Of a DNA stretch of 64,000 bases, positions 16,196-25,167 are shown piece by piece. The notes beneath the pieces were generated by a model that was given only the letters and a program-made list of their open reading frames with translations, made no database searches and was not told where the DNA came from. Each line of letters opens with the position of its first letter. The first letter of the stretch is position 1. The DNA is from Victivallales bacterium (GTDB lineage Bacteria > Verrucomicrobiota > Lentisphaeria > Victivallales > SZUA-371), in contig CAXXSX010000002.1 in the NCBI GenBank assembly GCA_963677165.2, forward strand, positions 421,988 to 485,987, written 5' to 3'. Made by a program: the position numbers and the translations under genes.

Positions 16196-18313
16196 ATGAG
16201 TAATTCTGTTCTAACGTCTGCCGGCGCGGCTCTAATTGCCCAATGCCAGTTGAACGATGAAGTTCTTAATATCGACCAGATGGTATTTGCTGATATTGAT
16301 GACTTGGATACTTCTGCGACTCCCTCGACTGATACAGAAATGCCGTCAATCGACGATATTGTTCACCAATGTGCGGCAACGAAAGCCGGATTGCTCAACA
16401 GTAATTCGATTGTATATTCCGCAATATTAGATTCTTTAGTCGGTGATTTTTATATTAATTTTATGGGACTTTACTGTTCAGAACATGATGTATTAGTTGC
16501 CGTTTGTGTTATGCCAAGACATAGAAAATATGCGACGAGTTCATTTACTCTCGGAAATTCCCTTATCAAGAACTTTTCGCTTGAAATTACCGATGTTTCC
16601 AACTTGACCGGAATCACAGTCAGTGCCGATACCTGGCAAATGGATTTTACTGCTCGACTCGTACAGATCGATGAGCGTGAAAGGCTGTCCAATTATGATA
16701 TTTATGGCAGTAAATACTTTTTTGATGACGGTTTTTCCATTGTCGAAAGCGATGGAACATATACTTTGCAGGCAGGGATTGGCTATATTGACGGAATCCG
16801 TGTAAAACTTGATGCAGCAAAAGACCTGACTATTACAGATGATACAATTCAATATGTTTATATTGATGCCTGTTTAAATGGAGATATTACCGGCGTTGAG
16901 GCTCTTTGGTCCGTTGAAGTGTCAGATACTGAACAGTCGAATTATGTTGATGACGCCAGCCAGCAGCATTTTGTTGAATTGCTTGGAACCATTGCTGCAG
17001 ATGGAACAATTACAGACAGCCGAGAAAGTGATGACAGTTCGATTATAGGTGAGCAGGATATTGAAAGTCAGATTAATGAACACAATACAGATCCGGACGC
17101 TCATCCCGATACATTTGATCCGTTGGGCGCAGCTGATGAGGCTATTGAAGCTAATATGCTGACTGCAGACAAAACGCTGACATTTGATAACAGCATGACC
17201 GCTGCGGAAATACAAGCGTTAATTGACGCTGTGCCAAAAAATCTAGGTGGCTACACCTTAACGATGCAATTTGCTGATGGTACTTTTGCGTTGGTATCTA
17301 CTCTTAGCCTCATAGGCTTTTATGGAGGTATTCTTAATGTCTATGGGTCTGCGGATGATTTCGCCTATTCAACCAGTAAAAGTGTGCAACTCATGTACAC
17401 AGGTGCTGGCTCCACAGCATTATTATTTGCTCGGGTGTCAGCGCAAGTATATATATATGGTATTACTATAGGCAACAACGCTGAAATAGCTAGTTTTATG
17501 GCAATACGTACAAATCAATGCGCTAACATACATATCAGATATTGTGTACTTCGGGGACAATCTGACGACATATCTGATTATCATTATGGGATTATCAACT
17601 ATCAGTCCCAGTTGACTCTGCAAGACAGCTATATCAATAATTTACATTTTGGACTGTATTCAGAATACGGCGGAGATAATACCATTTTGGGGTGTTATTG
17701 CGGAACTAACACATATGATATGTGGGTATCCAGTAGCAAGATTACTGCTGAAAACTTTGGTAAGTCTAATTACCCCAACAGCTCCTATACTAAACCAGGT
17801 GGCACGATCAATGGGCATGCCTCCGACCGTGTAGGGCAAATAACAACTAATCAACGAACGACCATGCAAGATGCGCTGTTAATGCGTGGTAGCTCCATTA
17901 CCAAAGCAGACTACCCCTTGCTTGTATCTTTTGCAGAAAACAGTAGTTTTATTAAGACCGCTGCCGAACTTGCCGCCGATGAAACTTTACGGACTTTTTT
18001 CACAGAGGATGCAGACGATGACACCATTCTTTACTTACCAGACTGGCGAGGCGTTTCAACACGTGGTCTTGACCCGTCTGGCACTTTTGACCCTGATGGA
18101 GCAAGTCGGTCACTAATGAGCTACCAGGCTGATGCCTATGCCAGCCATACACATACTATTAACTATGGTATAAGTGGATCATCAAGCACAGAGTCTGTAT
18201 ATGGTGATACTGACAATAACACACTCACAGGTACTAAGCCCACAAATGCATCCGGTGGAACTGAAACCCGTGGCAAAAACGTTGCCGTTAACTACTTTAT
18301 TTATTATAATTAG
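16196..18313 (+). CDS. Tail fibre protein: gpH-like N-terminus, central beta-helix-like repeats, C-terminal tail-collar-like domain
   Basis: The N-terminus (LTSAGAALIAQ...FMGLYCSEHDVLVAV) matches the gpH N-terminal domain pattern. The central segment (GITIGNNAEI...IHIRYCVLRG...INNLHFGLYSEYGG) looks like parallel beta-helix repeats. YLPDWRGVSTRGLD resembles the tail-collar LPDLRG motif. Confidence 0.8.
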   Translation: MSNSVLTSAGAALIAQCQLNDEVLNIDQMVFADIDDLDTSATPSTDTEMPSIDDIVHQCAATKAGLLNSNSIVYSAILDSLVGDFYINFMGLYCSEHDVLVAVCVMPRHRKYATSSFTLGNSLIKNFSLEITDVSNLTGITVSADTWQMDFTARLVQIDERERLSNYDIYGSKYFFDDGFSIVESDGTYTLQAGIGYIDGIRVKLDAAKDLTITDDTIQYVYIDACLNGDITGVEALWSVEVSDTEQSNYVDDASQQHFVELLGTIAADGTITDSRESDDSSIIGEQDIESQINEHNTDPDAHPDTFDPLGAADEAIEANMLTADKTLTFDNSMTAAEIQALIDAVPKNLGGYTLTMQFADGTFALVSTLSLIGFYGGILNVYGSADDFAYSTSKSVQLMYTGAGSTALLFARVSAQVYIYGITIGNNAEIASFMAIRTNQCANIHIRYCVLRGQSDDISDYHYGIINYQSQLTLQDSYINNLHFGLYSEYGGDNTILGCYCGTNTYDMWVSSSKITAENFGKSNYPNSSYTKPGGTINGHASDRVGQITTNQRTTMQDALLMRGSSITKADYPLLVSFAENSSFIKTAAELAADETLRTFFTEDADDDTILYLPDWRGVSTRGLDPSGTFDPDGASRSLMSYQADAYASHTHTINYGISGSSSTESVYGDTDNNTLTGTKPTNASGGTETRGKNVAVNYFIYYN

Positions 18314-18324
18314 GAGGCTTTTAA

Positions 18325-19062
18325 ATGTCTGATACTGATACTGATACAGCTATTGAAGAAACCTATGTGTTACGCACTCTAAAATTTTGGGATAGTAATA
18401 AGGTTTATACCCACACAGAAACAGTCAAGATGCAAAGTGATTTAGGAAATCCCCGAAATTGTACCGAAACCGACCTGCCAGATTTAGGCGAAAACGAGGC
18501 GGCGCAATGGAACGGCGAAAGCTGGGATACGGTCGCAGATTACCGGGGAACTGTTGTCTACAGCACCACTGACCAAACACAAACAACCTGGTCGGCAGTC
18601 GGTGCTATTGATGACGGTTACACCGAAACCGCCCCGCCTGAAAGTTACCCGGACTATTACAAATGGGATTCGGATTCTAGCTCCTGGATTGTTAATACCA
18701 GTAAAAAATCTGAGGTGCTGGCAGAACTCGTTGAACAATTCAATGCGGCCACGCAGTCGTTGATTCTGGAAAGCACTGTGACTTTTTCTAGTGATGCCGG
18801 ATCAATTACCGTTACTTGCGACGAAAGCACGCAGCAGAACGCAGCATTGCAGTATCCGCTGGTTTCGGAAAAGGATTATCCTTACACTGTTTGGGACAAA
18901 ACCGAAAGTCTGGATCTGGTAGACGCAGACGAACTGGCCGAGTTTTACAAATTGATCATGAATAAACCGCAAGAGATCCGGACGGAACGAAAGACAACCC
19001 GGGATACTTTTTATGACATGACCACTGCCGAGATCATCGAGCAGCTGGATGCATTAAGCTAA
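18325..19062 (+). CDS. Tail fibre assembly chaperone (gpG-position)
   Basis: 245 aa, acidic and Trp-rich (W..ESWDTVADYRGTVVYST). It lies immediately after the fibre gene. Confidence 0.5.
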   Translation: MSDTDTDTAIEETYVLRTLKFWDSNKVYTHTETVKMQSDLGNPRNCTETDLPDLGENEAAQWNGESWDTVADYRGTVVYSTTDQTQTTWSAVGAIDDGYTETAPPESYPDYYKWDSDSSSWIVNTSKKSEVLAELVEQFNAATQSLILESTVTFSSDAGSITVTCDESTQQNAALQYPLVSEKDYPYTVWDKTESLDLVDADELAEFYKLIMNKPQEIRTERKTTRDTFYDMTTAEIIEQLDALS

Positions 19063-19084
19063 TACCGCAATCACAGGGGGGATC

Positions 19085-19318
19085 ATGAGCGACGAGGATA
19101 AAAAAGATATAGCCGAGCTGGTAGCTCAGAACATTCAGGCCCAGCCATGTCCGCATGGGTTAACAACCGAAGAGGTTGCTGTACTGAAAGAATTTGCCCA
19201 GGCTTGGACCAGCAGCAAAAAAACGTTTATCAAAACAATTGTGTCCGGCATTGGATATGCAATTCTTGTTGCCATTTTTCTTGGAGTTATTGCAAAATTA
19301 AAGGAGCTGATAAAATGA
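19085..19318 (+). CDS. Small membrane protein with one C-terminal TM segment (holin candidate)
   Basis: 77 aa with a TM segment (FIKTIVSGIGYAILVAIFLGVIA) and a charged end. ATGA overlap with the next gene. Confidence 0.4.
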   Translation: MSDEDKKDIAELVAQNIQAQPCPHGLTTEEVAVLKEFAQAWTSSKKTFIKTIVSGIGYAILVAIFLGVIAKLKELIK

Positions 19319-20022
19319 GATTTTTAATCATAATTCTGGCGGCCATATCAATGGCCTGTCTAACCGGCTGCGGTGTTTTTTCTTCTGCTACCGAACAGGC
19401 AAAAGCATACACCGGCGCAGATCTGCATCTGGCTAGCGATGCAAAAAAGCTGGATCAGGCAACCGAAACAATCGATAAAACCAGCAAAAATACGGAAGTT
19501 TTAAGAGCGTCGACCGTTGTAAAATCTGTTGCAACGGAGCTTAAAAAAAAAGATAATGTGGCGAAAGCGCTGCAGCAAAGCCATGATGCACTTCAGAAAG
19601 AAAATACAGAGCTTAAGAGCAGCAAACAAAAGCGAGTAGATAACTTTTTTTTCTGTGGAATTGTTGCCGGTGGCGTTATGGTTGCAGCCAGTATTATCTT
19701 GTTTGTTGCAGCCAATGCGTCCGGAGTCGTTACCCTTACCGGATTAGCTATTCAGATGTTTATTGCCGGGCTAGGAATTATGCTGGCCAGCGGTGTCATG
19801 TTCGTGTTTTTCTTCTGGGGTGTAATGATTTTAGGGGTTGTCCTTTTGGGATGGTTAATCATGCTCATCTTTAAGATCTACAAAGACGGCAAATCATTTA
19901 TGGAATTATCCGGTAGCGTGTCCGGAGATAATAACAGCTTCAGTAAACGAACACAGACACTTCTTGAGAAGTTCCAAAAAAAGCAACAACCAAAAACGGA
20001 GACAGCAACCAATGGATGTTAA
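19315..20022 (+). CDS. Lipoprotein with a coiled-coil and C-terminal multi-TM region (spanin-like topology)
   Basis: From the ATG at 19315: MRFLIIILAAISMACLTGC, a lipobox L-T-G-C. A K/E/Q-rich helical segment follows, then about 4 hydrophobic segments (NFFFCGIVAGGVMVAASIILFVAA...LLGWLIMLIF). Confidence 0.5.
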   Translation: MRFLIIILAAISMACLTGCGVFSSATEQAKAYTGADLHLASDAKKLDQATETIDKTSKNTEVLRASTVVKSVATELKKKDNVAKALQQSHDALQKENTELKSSKQKRVDNFFFCGIVAGGVMVAASIILFVAANASGVVTLTGLAIQMFIAGLGIMLASGVMFVFFFWGVMILGVVLLGWLIMLIFKIYKDGKSFMELSGSVSGDNNSFSKRTQTLLEKFQKKQQPKTETATNGC

Positions 20023-21004
20023 TTTTCATTATTACGCAACGTACCTGGTAGCAGCCCGGGCCGGATATTGTCAGGCAGACGCCCGGGTAATCGCTCACGC
20101 CTGCCAGATGGTCGATGACAACGACACAAAATTTAAAATAGACGCCGGTTATCCGTCTGAATACAGCAATTACGTAAGTCAGACCATGAATATTGCAAAA
20201 CCCCGGGAGGATCTGCTGCGGTTTTATTTGTTTCATCATTTTATGCCAGGTGATCCGGGACACATTGATGCCAGACGTAAAGATGGAAAACGGCACGTCC
20301 TGAATACCACGCCTAACAGCAAAAACGCCCGAGCGGTCTTCCGGAAGGCAAAAGCAACCGGCAATTTGTACATGATCGGTATTGCCTGCCACATGATGGC
20401 AGATACTTACGCCCATCAAAATTTTATCGGTTATAAAGACGACATGAATGCAATGTCCGGAGTGCTGCAGGCTGCCATTCAAAATATTGGCCATGCTGAC
20501 GCATTGACTAAACCGGACGAAATAGGACTGTCCTGGACTGACGACAGACTTATGAAACCAGTTCGACATAACAATGAAATCTTTCTCGATGCAGCACAAT
20601 GTTTGTTTTACTTGTTAAAGGACAAATCTGATCTTCACATTCATGACGAAGCTGCTTGTCTAAATATGGATCTTTGCAATGCCTTCCGCCGGTGGAAGCC
20701 TGCCGATCGGATTCATTACATGAAGGAGTTGGCAAAAGAACCGGAATACAGCAGTCTGGATGTGCCTGTGTTAGGAGGGTTTAAGCTACCGGATTATGAT
20801 GCAGACGTCTGGTTCGATGACGCAATCATTAACGATCGTCACCAAGCGCTGAAATGGCTGGCGCCACGTTGGGCGTGGAAGTCCGGCAATTACAAACAAA
20901 GCAATTGGTATCAGTTCCAGGAAGCCGTCAAAGCTTACCAGGATATTTGCTGGTCTGTGTTAAATGATTCTGTTTTTTCTCAAATCTGCCTAAAAAATCT
21001 GTAA
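20012..21004 (+). CDS. Putative metal-dependent hydrolase with His/Asp motifs reminiscent of the zinc phospholipase C / P1-nuclease fold
   Basis: From the ATG at 20012: MDVNFHYYATYLVA..., HHFMPGD, ACHMMADTYAHQNF, IGHADALTKPD. The fold assignment is by motif resemblance only. Confidence 0.35.
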   Translation: MDVNFHYYATYLVAARAGYCQADARVIAHACQMVDDNDTKFKIDAGYPSEYSNYVSQTMNIAKPREDLLRFYLFHHFMPGDPGHIDARRKDGKRHVLNTTPNSKNARAVFRKAKATGNLYMIGIACHMMADTYAHQNFIGYKDDMNAMSGVLQAAIQNIGHADALTKPDEIGLSWTDDRLMKPVRHNNEIFLDAAQCLFYLLKDKSDLHIHDEAACLNMDLCNAFRRWKPADRIHYMKELAKEPEYSSLDVPVLGGFKLPDYDADVWFDDAIINDRHQALKWLAPRWAWKSGNYKQSNWYQFQEAVKAYQDICWSVLNDSVFSQICLKNL

Positions 21005-21014
21005 AGGTGAAAAA

Positions 21015-21518
21015 GTGATTATATCCGGAAATGGTTTAGAATTAACCGTCGAGTCGATTGGCAAAAACGTCAAGGTTGAAGCTTCTGCGGAATTTGATCG
21101 GAAAGACTTGTCCGGGCAAAATAGTTCCAGTGAAGTCTCGGCTGCCGGCAACAAGCCGAAACGCATTAGAGTTTCCATGATGGTCGAGAAAAAGAAAGCT
21201 GATAATATTACAACGCTTTTAAAAATGGCCGAGGCATTCGATTCTGACGGAAATCCAATCATATATACTATTTCAAGCAAGATTTCAAGAGTAATGCAGA
21301 TCCGACAGGCTATTTTCGATGGCGATGTCCGTGTCCGGGAATCGGAAGGATTATTAAGCTTTGATGTACACTTCGAACTCAAGGAAATGAGTTCTCCGGC
21401 AGAGAAAAAAGAAGAAAGAGAACGCAGCAAAGCAAGCGAAAAAGTTGAAACTGCCGACGGAGAAGTTCAAGTTGGCAGCGCTAATCATGAGAAAGTGGTC
21501 GAGGCTGCCTCAACATGA
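21015..21518 (+). CDS. Tail protein, gpU-like
   Basis: 167 aa, GTG start. The pattern ...RIRVSMMVEKK...LLKMAEAFDSDGNPIIYTI...SFDVHFELKE resembles the gpU family. It precedes hub-like and spike-like genes. Confidence 0.45.
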   Translation: MIISGNGLELTVESIGKNVKVEASAEFDRKDLSGQNSSSEVSAAGNKPKRIRVSMMVEKKKADNITTLLKMAEAFDSDGNPIIYTISSKISRVMQIRQAIFDGDVRVRESEGLLSFDVHFELKEMSSPAEKKEERERSKASEKVETADGEVQVGSANHEKVVEAAST

Positions 21519-22204
21519 AAATTGATAAGATTCTAAAAAATGATTCCGGCATCCTGAAGATCGTCAGCGAAAGTATTGTCCTAGAACAAGACAATGCCGG
21601 TCGTGCTATTTTTGCGGTACAGTCAGAAGATGCGCTTTCCGGAATGGTTTATCTCAGCCTGGCACTGAATAAAGAATACAAGCGCTATCTTACCGGTTAC
21701 ATTGAGTCAAGCCTGCAGGTTGATAGCAAACAGCAACGTTTAGTTGTACGTGAACCGGCAGCGGTACTGGCAAAACGCTGGACGATTTCAAAACGCAACA
21801 CAAATGCGGTCGAGATCCTGGAAGCATTAAACTCTGCGACTGGTTGTGCTTTCAGTATGGGCTCCGGGAATTGGAGTTCTACTTCAATTCCACACTTCAT
21901 TAATATCGGTACCGGCTATGAAGCAATTAAAAATTTAGGCCGTGAACTATGTATAGATGATTTTACCTGGTTAAGTCAGCCAAACGGCACAATATATGTC
22001 GGACCACTGTCGAAAGCAGATATATATCAAAATATTATAGGAGTACCAGCTGATTTTTTCTTTAATCTTTCCGCCTCCGGAGCAGATTGTCCGATTGTCC
22101 CGGGCTTTCGTCCAGGGAAAAGGATCCGCATCGGCAACGGCGAGATCCTGACGATTGACAGCGTAACAGTCTCTGGAACAAACATGAGGATAAACTGGCT
22201 ATGA
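21515..22204 (+). CDS. Baseplate hub protein, short gpD/Mu gp44-like
   Basis: 229 aa, between the gpU-like and gpV-like genes, with overlapping starts and stops. The call rests mainly on position. Confidence 0.4.
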   Translation: MKIDKILKNDSGILKIVSESIVLEQDNAGRAIFAVQSEDALSGMVYLSLALNKEYKRYLTGYIESSLQVDSKQQRLVVREPAAVLAKRWTISKRNTNAVEILEALNSATGCAFSMGSGNWSSTSIPHFINIGTGYEAIKNLGRELCIDDFTWLSQPNGTIYVGPLSKADIYQNIIGVPADFFFNLSASGADCPIVPGFRPGKRIRIGNGEILTIDSVTVSGTNMRINWL

Positions 22205-22965
22205 AAAGCATGATCAAAAAAATTGTTACTAGGCTTTTCCCTGAATTAAACAGCAAAACACACTTACCGCATCTGGGCGTTGTAATCTCCGTTCCGGATC
22301 CTCCAATATCCGGAGAGCAACACACACACGAACGTCCATACTATGCGGTTGATGTCAGGCTGTTAAATTCAGCGGAAGAAATTGATGAGGATATGCCCTT
22401 ATTACGTGACATTCCGGTAGCGATGACAGGATCTGCTCCGCTTCGCGGTTTTGCCGCTCTTCCCCAGCCCGGGACAATTGTTGAAGTGGCTTTTGCCTTT
22501 GGCATGCAATCAAAGCCGTTTATCCGATCGGTACTGCCCTGGAAAATGAAACTGCCGGCAATTGATGCAGAATCCCAACGCTGGCAACAGACCGCAACCA
22601 GCTATCAGGAAGTCGACGCAAACGGCAACTGGAACCGGATCACTGATCAGACCATCAGCGATACCGCGGATATCAACTGTAATCGGACGGCAAAACAGAA
22701 AATCAATGATACAGCTGCTGTGACGAATCAAACATCCAGCACGGAGCATACTTTATTATCACCTCAGATCTACATCGGCAATGAATCGGATAACACTCTG
22801 AAGCTGGACAGCGACTTCATGAACGCCGTGATCAGTGCCTTTAATACTCTGGCCAGCCACACCCATCCTGATGTGGGAACAATTTCACAGGGCAGTGCGG
22901 TATCAAGTCAGGCGACAGCAATAACAGCGTTAAAGACAAAACTTGACGCTATAACCAAAACCTAA
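22201..22965 (+). CDS. Baseplate spike / assembly protein V-like
   Basis: The N-terminal OB-fold pattern (GVVISV...YYAVDVRLL...PQPGTIVEVAFAFG..KPFI) is typical of gpV/gp45/gp5-type spikes. Confidence 0.65.
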   Translation: MKSMIKKIVTRLFPELNSKTHLPHLGVVISVPDPPISGEQHTHERPYYAVDVRLLNSAEEIDEDMPLLRDIPVAMTGSAPLRGFAALPQPGTIVEVAFAFGMQSKPFIRSVLPWKMKLPAIDAESQRWQQTATSYQEVDANGNWNRITDQTISDTADINCNRTAKQKINDTAAVTNQTSSTEHTLLSPQIYIGNESDNTLKLDSDFMNAVISAFNTLASHTHPDVGTISQGSAVSSQATAITALKTKLDAITKT

Positions 22966-22989
22966 AACCATTAACCCGGGAGGTGAAAG

Positions 22990-23781
22990 GTGAAATCACC
23001 AATCATCTACTACGGCGGGAAAACAAATATGCTAAAGCATATCCTGCCGTTGATTCCCGGAGAACACCGCATCTTCGTCGAACCATTTTTCGGCGGCGGC
23101 GCCGTGTTCTTCGGAAAAGAAGAGTCGGATGTCGAAGTTATCAATGATAACCTGGACATGGCCGTAACGTTCTATCGAGTTCTAAAAAACCGATATCCAG
23201 AATTAGAACAGCGTATTAAAACCACGCTTCATGCAGAACAAATGTATCTCGGCTCCAAGAACATTCTGAAAAATCCTGAGCAATACGATGAGATCTCACG
23301 CGCCTGGGCTTTCTGGGCCCAAGCCGCATTATGCTTTTCTGCTCAAATTTGCGGAGGATTTGCTTTTGGCAAGAGATCGTTCGGGCGTCAAACAGCAAAC
23401 CGTGTGGATCAGTTTACTCAAAAGCTATCTGATCGGCTGAGACACACTCAGATATTCTGCCGTGACGCCTTAAACGTAATCGAGCGATTTGATTCGAAAG
23501 ACACATTCTTCTATCTGGATCCTCCGTATGCCAATAGTGACTGCGGACACTATAAAAAAGGAAAGGACGTATTCTATGATCTTCTGAAGCTGCTGCCGAG
23601 CCTGAAAGGACGTTGGCTGCTCTCGAGCTATCCAGGCGAAGAGTTGAACAAACTCCGGAAGTTCACCGGCGCCAATTATAAGGATATCGTCAAAAGCCTG
23701 TCCGTTTCCGGCAAACACAATACCGGCAAGACCAAGACCGAATGCCTAACCTGGAATTATCCGGAGCCAAACACACAATGA
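22990..23781 (+). CDS. dam: N6-adenine DNA methyltransferase (Dam / D12 class), orphan
   Basis: YYGGK..L...I..LIP, EPFFGGGAVFF (the FxGxG SAM motif) and YLDPPY (the DPPY catalytic motif). GTG start with a GGAGG RBS. Confidence 0.85.
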   Translation: MKSPIIYYGGKTNMLKHILPLIPGEHRIFVEPFFGGGAVFFGKEESDVEVINDNLDMAVTFYRVLKNRYPELEQRIKTTLHAEQMYLGSKNILKNPEQYDEISRAWAFWAQAALCFSAQICGGFAFGKRSFGRQTANRVDQFTQKLSDRLRHTQIFCRDALNVIERFDSKDTFFYLDPPYANSDCGHYKKGKDVFYDLLKLLPSLKGRWLLSSYPGEELNKLRKFTGANYKDIVKSLSVSGKHNTGKTKTECLTWNYPEPNTQ

Positions 23782-25109
23782 AGTATGGAAGTGTCTGCAG
23801 CGGAGTAGAAGCAGCCACTTTAGCCTGGGAAACATTGGGATGGAAAGCTTCATTTTTCAGCGAAATTGAAGCTTTTCCCAGTGCGGTCTTGGAGCAAAGA
23901 TGGCCGGAGGTACCGAATCTTGGAGATTTCACAAAAATAGAAAATGATAATTATAATGGAAAAATCGACTTACTTACAGGAGGAACCCCTTGTCAAGCCT
24001 TCAGCATTGCTGGAGCTGGCAGAGGAATTGAAGATCAGCGTGGACAACTTTCCCTCGAGTTTGCAAAGCTTGCTTTTCGATCTAAAGCAAGGTGGATTGT
24101 GTGGGAAAACGTCCCCGGCGTACTATCAAGCAACAAAGGACAGGATTTTGCCGCTTTCCTATCTTTGCTCTGCGGATGGAATGTCAAAGTGCCAAGGATC
24201 CACACCAAACAGAACGGTGAAAAGGTCAGAAAATGGCGAAAAAGCGGAATCATTACACCAGCTCCGGGAGGATTCGGACTGGCATGGCGAACTATTGACG
24301 CTCAATTCGTCAGAGTGGACGGATATAACCGGGCTGTACCTCAGCGACGAAGGCGTCTGTTCGTTGTTGGATATATTGGAGACTGGATCCGTCCCGCAAC
24401 GGTATTATTTGACAAAGGAAGCCTGTCAGGGGGTTCTGCACCGGAGCGAAAAACGAGGCAAAGTTTTACCCGAACCGCTAAAGTCAGCGCTTCAGGCCGT
24501 AGTCGATCAGAAGTGATCTGCATGGCTCATGGTCAGGCAAATGCTGAAGTATGTGAGAACCATGCTTCCACACTCAACTGCAACCATGAAGCACCGATAG
24601 TTTATGAAAATCATCCTGCCGGCTCGAGAGTTCGCCCTTCCGAAGACGTATGTCAAACCCTTAACGCACGAATGGGGACTGGAGGCGGAAACCTACCGTT
24701 CGTTCAATGCTTCACGCAAAACGATGCCGCACACGATGCTGTTGATCATATTGCTCCGACAATGAGATGTGGAGGAACACAGGCAGTATCAATTGCCGGG
24801 AATATAATCAATCGGGCAGTACAACATGGAGGGAATGGTTCAGGCTTCAGTCCAGGAGTGTCTTTCTCTCTGACTACGGCTGACCGTCATGCAGTTTCAT
24901 TATATGGAGAGGTCAGGCGAATGACTCCTCTCGAGTGTGAGAGGCTGATGGGCTTTCCAGACAACCACACCAGAATCAAATGGCGTGGAAAGCCTGAAGA
25001 AGATTGCCCGATCGGACACAGATACAAAGCGTGTGGAAACAGCCAGTGTGTGAATGTTATGCGCTGGATAGGAAAAAGAATCGATAAAATTGATAAATTA
25101 ACAAAGTGA
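23778..25109 (+). CDS. dcm: Cytosine-5 DNA methyltransferase, orphan
   Basis: From the ATG at 23778 (ATGA overlap with dam): GSVCSGVEA (motif I variant), GGTPCQAFSIAG (PCQ motif IV), WENVPG (motif VI), and QRRRRLFVVG. Confidence 0.85.
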   Translation: MKYGSVCSGVEAATLAWETLGWKASFFSEIEAFPSAVLEQRWPEVPNLGDFTKIENDNYNGKIDLLTGGTPCQAFSIAGAGRGIEDQRGQLSLEFAKLAFRSKARWIVWENVPGVLSSNKGQDFAAFLSLLCGWNVKVPRIHTKQNGEKVRKWRKSGIITPAPGGFGLAWRTIDAQFVRVDGYNRAVPQRRRRLFVVGYIGDWIRPATVLFDKGSLSGGSAPERKTRQSFTRTAKVSASGRSRSEVICMAHGQANAEVCENHASTLNCNHEAPIVYENHPAGSRVRPSEDVCQTLNARMGTGGGNLPFVQCFTQNDAAHDAVDHIAPTMRCGGTQAVSIAGNIINRAVQHGGNGSGFSPGVSFSLTTADRHAVSLYGEVRRMTPLECERLMGFPDNHTRIKWRGKPEEDCPIGHRYKACGNSQCVNVMRWIGKRIDKIDKLTK

Positions 25110-25117
25110 AGTAAACT

Positions 25118-25167
25118 AAAAAAAGTTGATGCCATCAGGAGAACGCTCAAATCTTCCTGATGACATC
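25118..25167 (-). terminator. Rho-independent terminator oriented for minus-strand transcripts
   Basis: On the minus strand: GATGTCATCAGGA-N14-TCCTGATGGCATC (13 bp, one mismatch), then AAC and TTTTTTT. Confidence 0.6.

Noticed and set aside
16196-19062. Diversity-generating retroelement targeting the tail fibre
   Set aside because: No reverse transcriptase gene and no template/variable repeat pair could be found in or near the fibre genes.
19147-20022. The 291-aa version of the lipoprotein ORF, the 19964 start of the hydrolase, the 62642 start of the BamE-like lipoprotein and the 37355 start of the large GH
   Set aside because: The upstream extensions overlap preceding genes or lack an RBS. 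The internal ATGs (19315, 20012, 62741, 37388) give canonical lipobox or signal peptides, ATGA coupling or good Shine-Dalgarno spacing.
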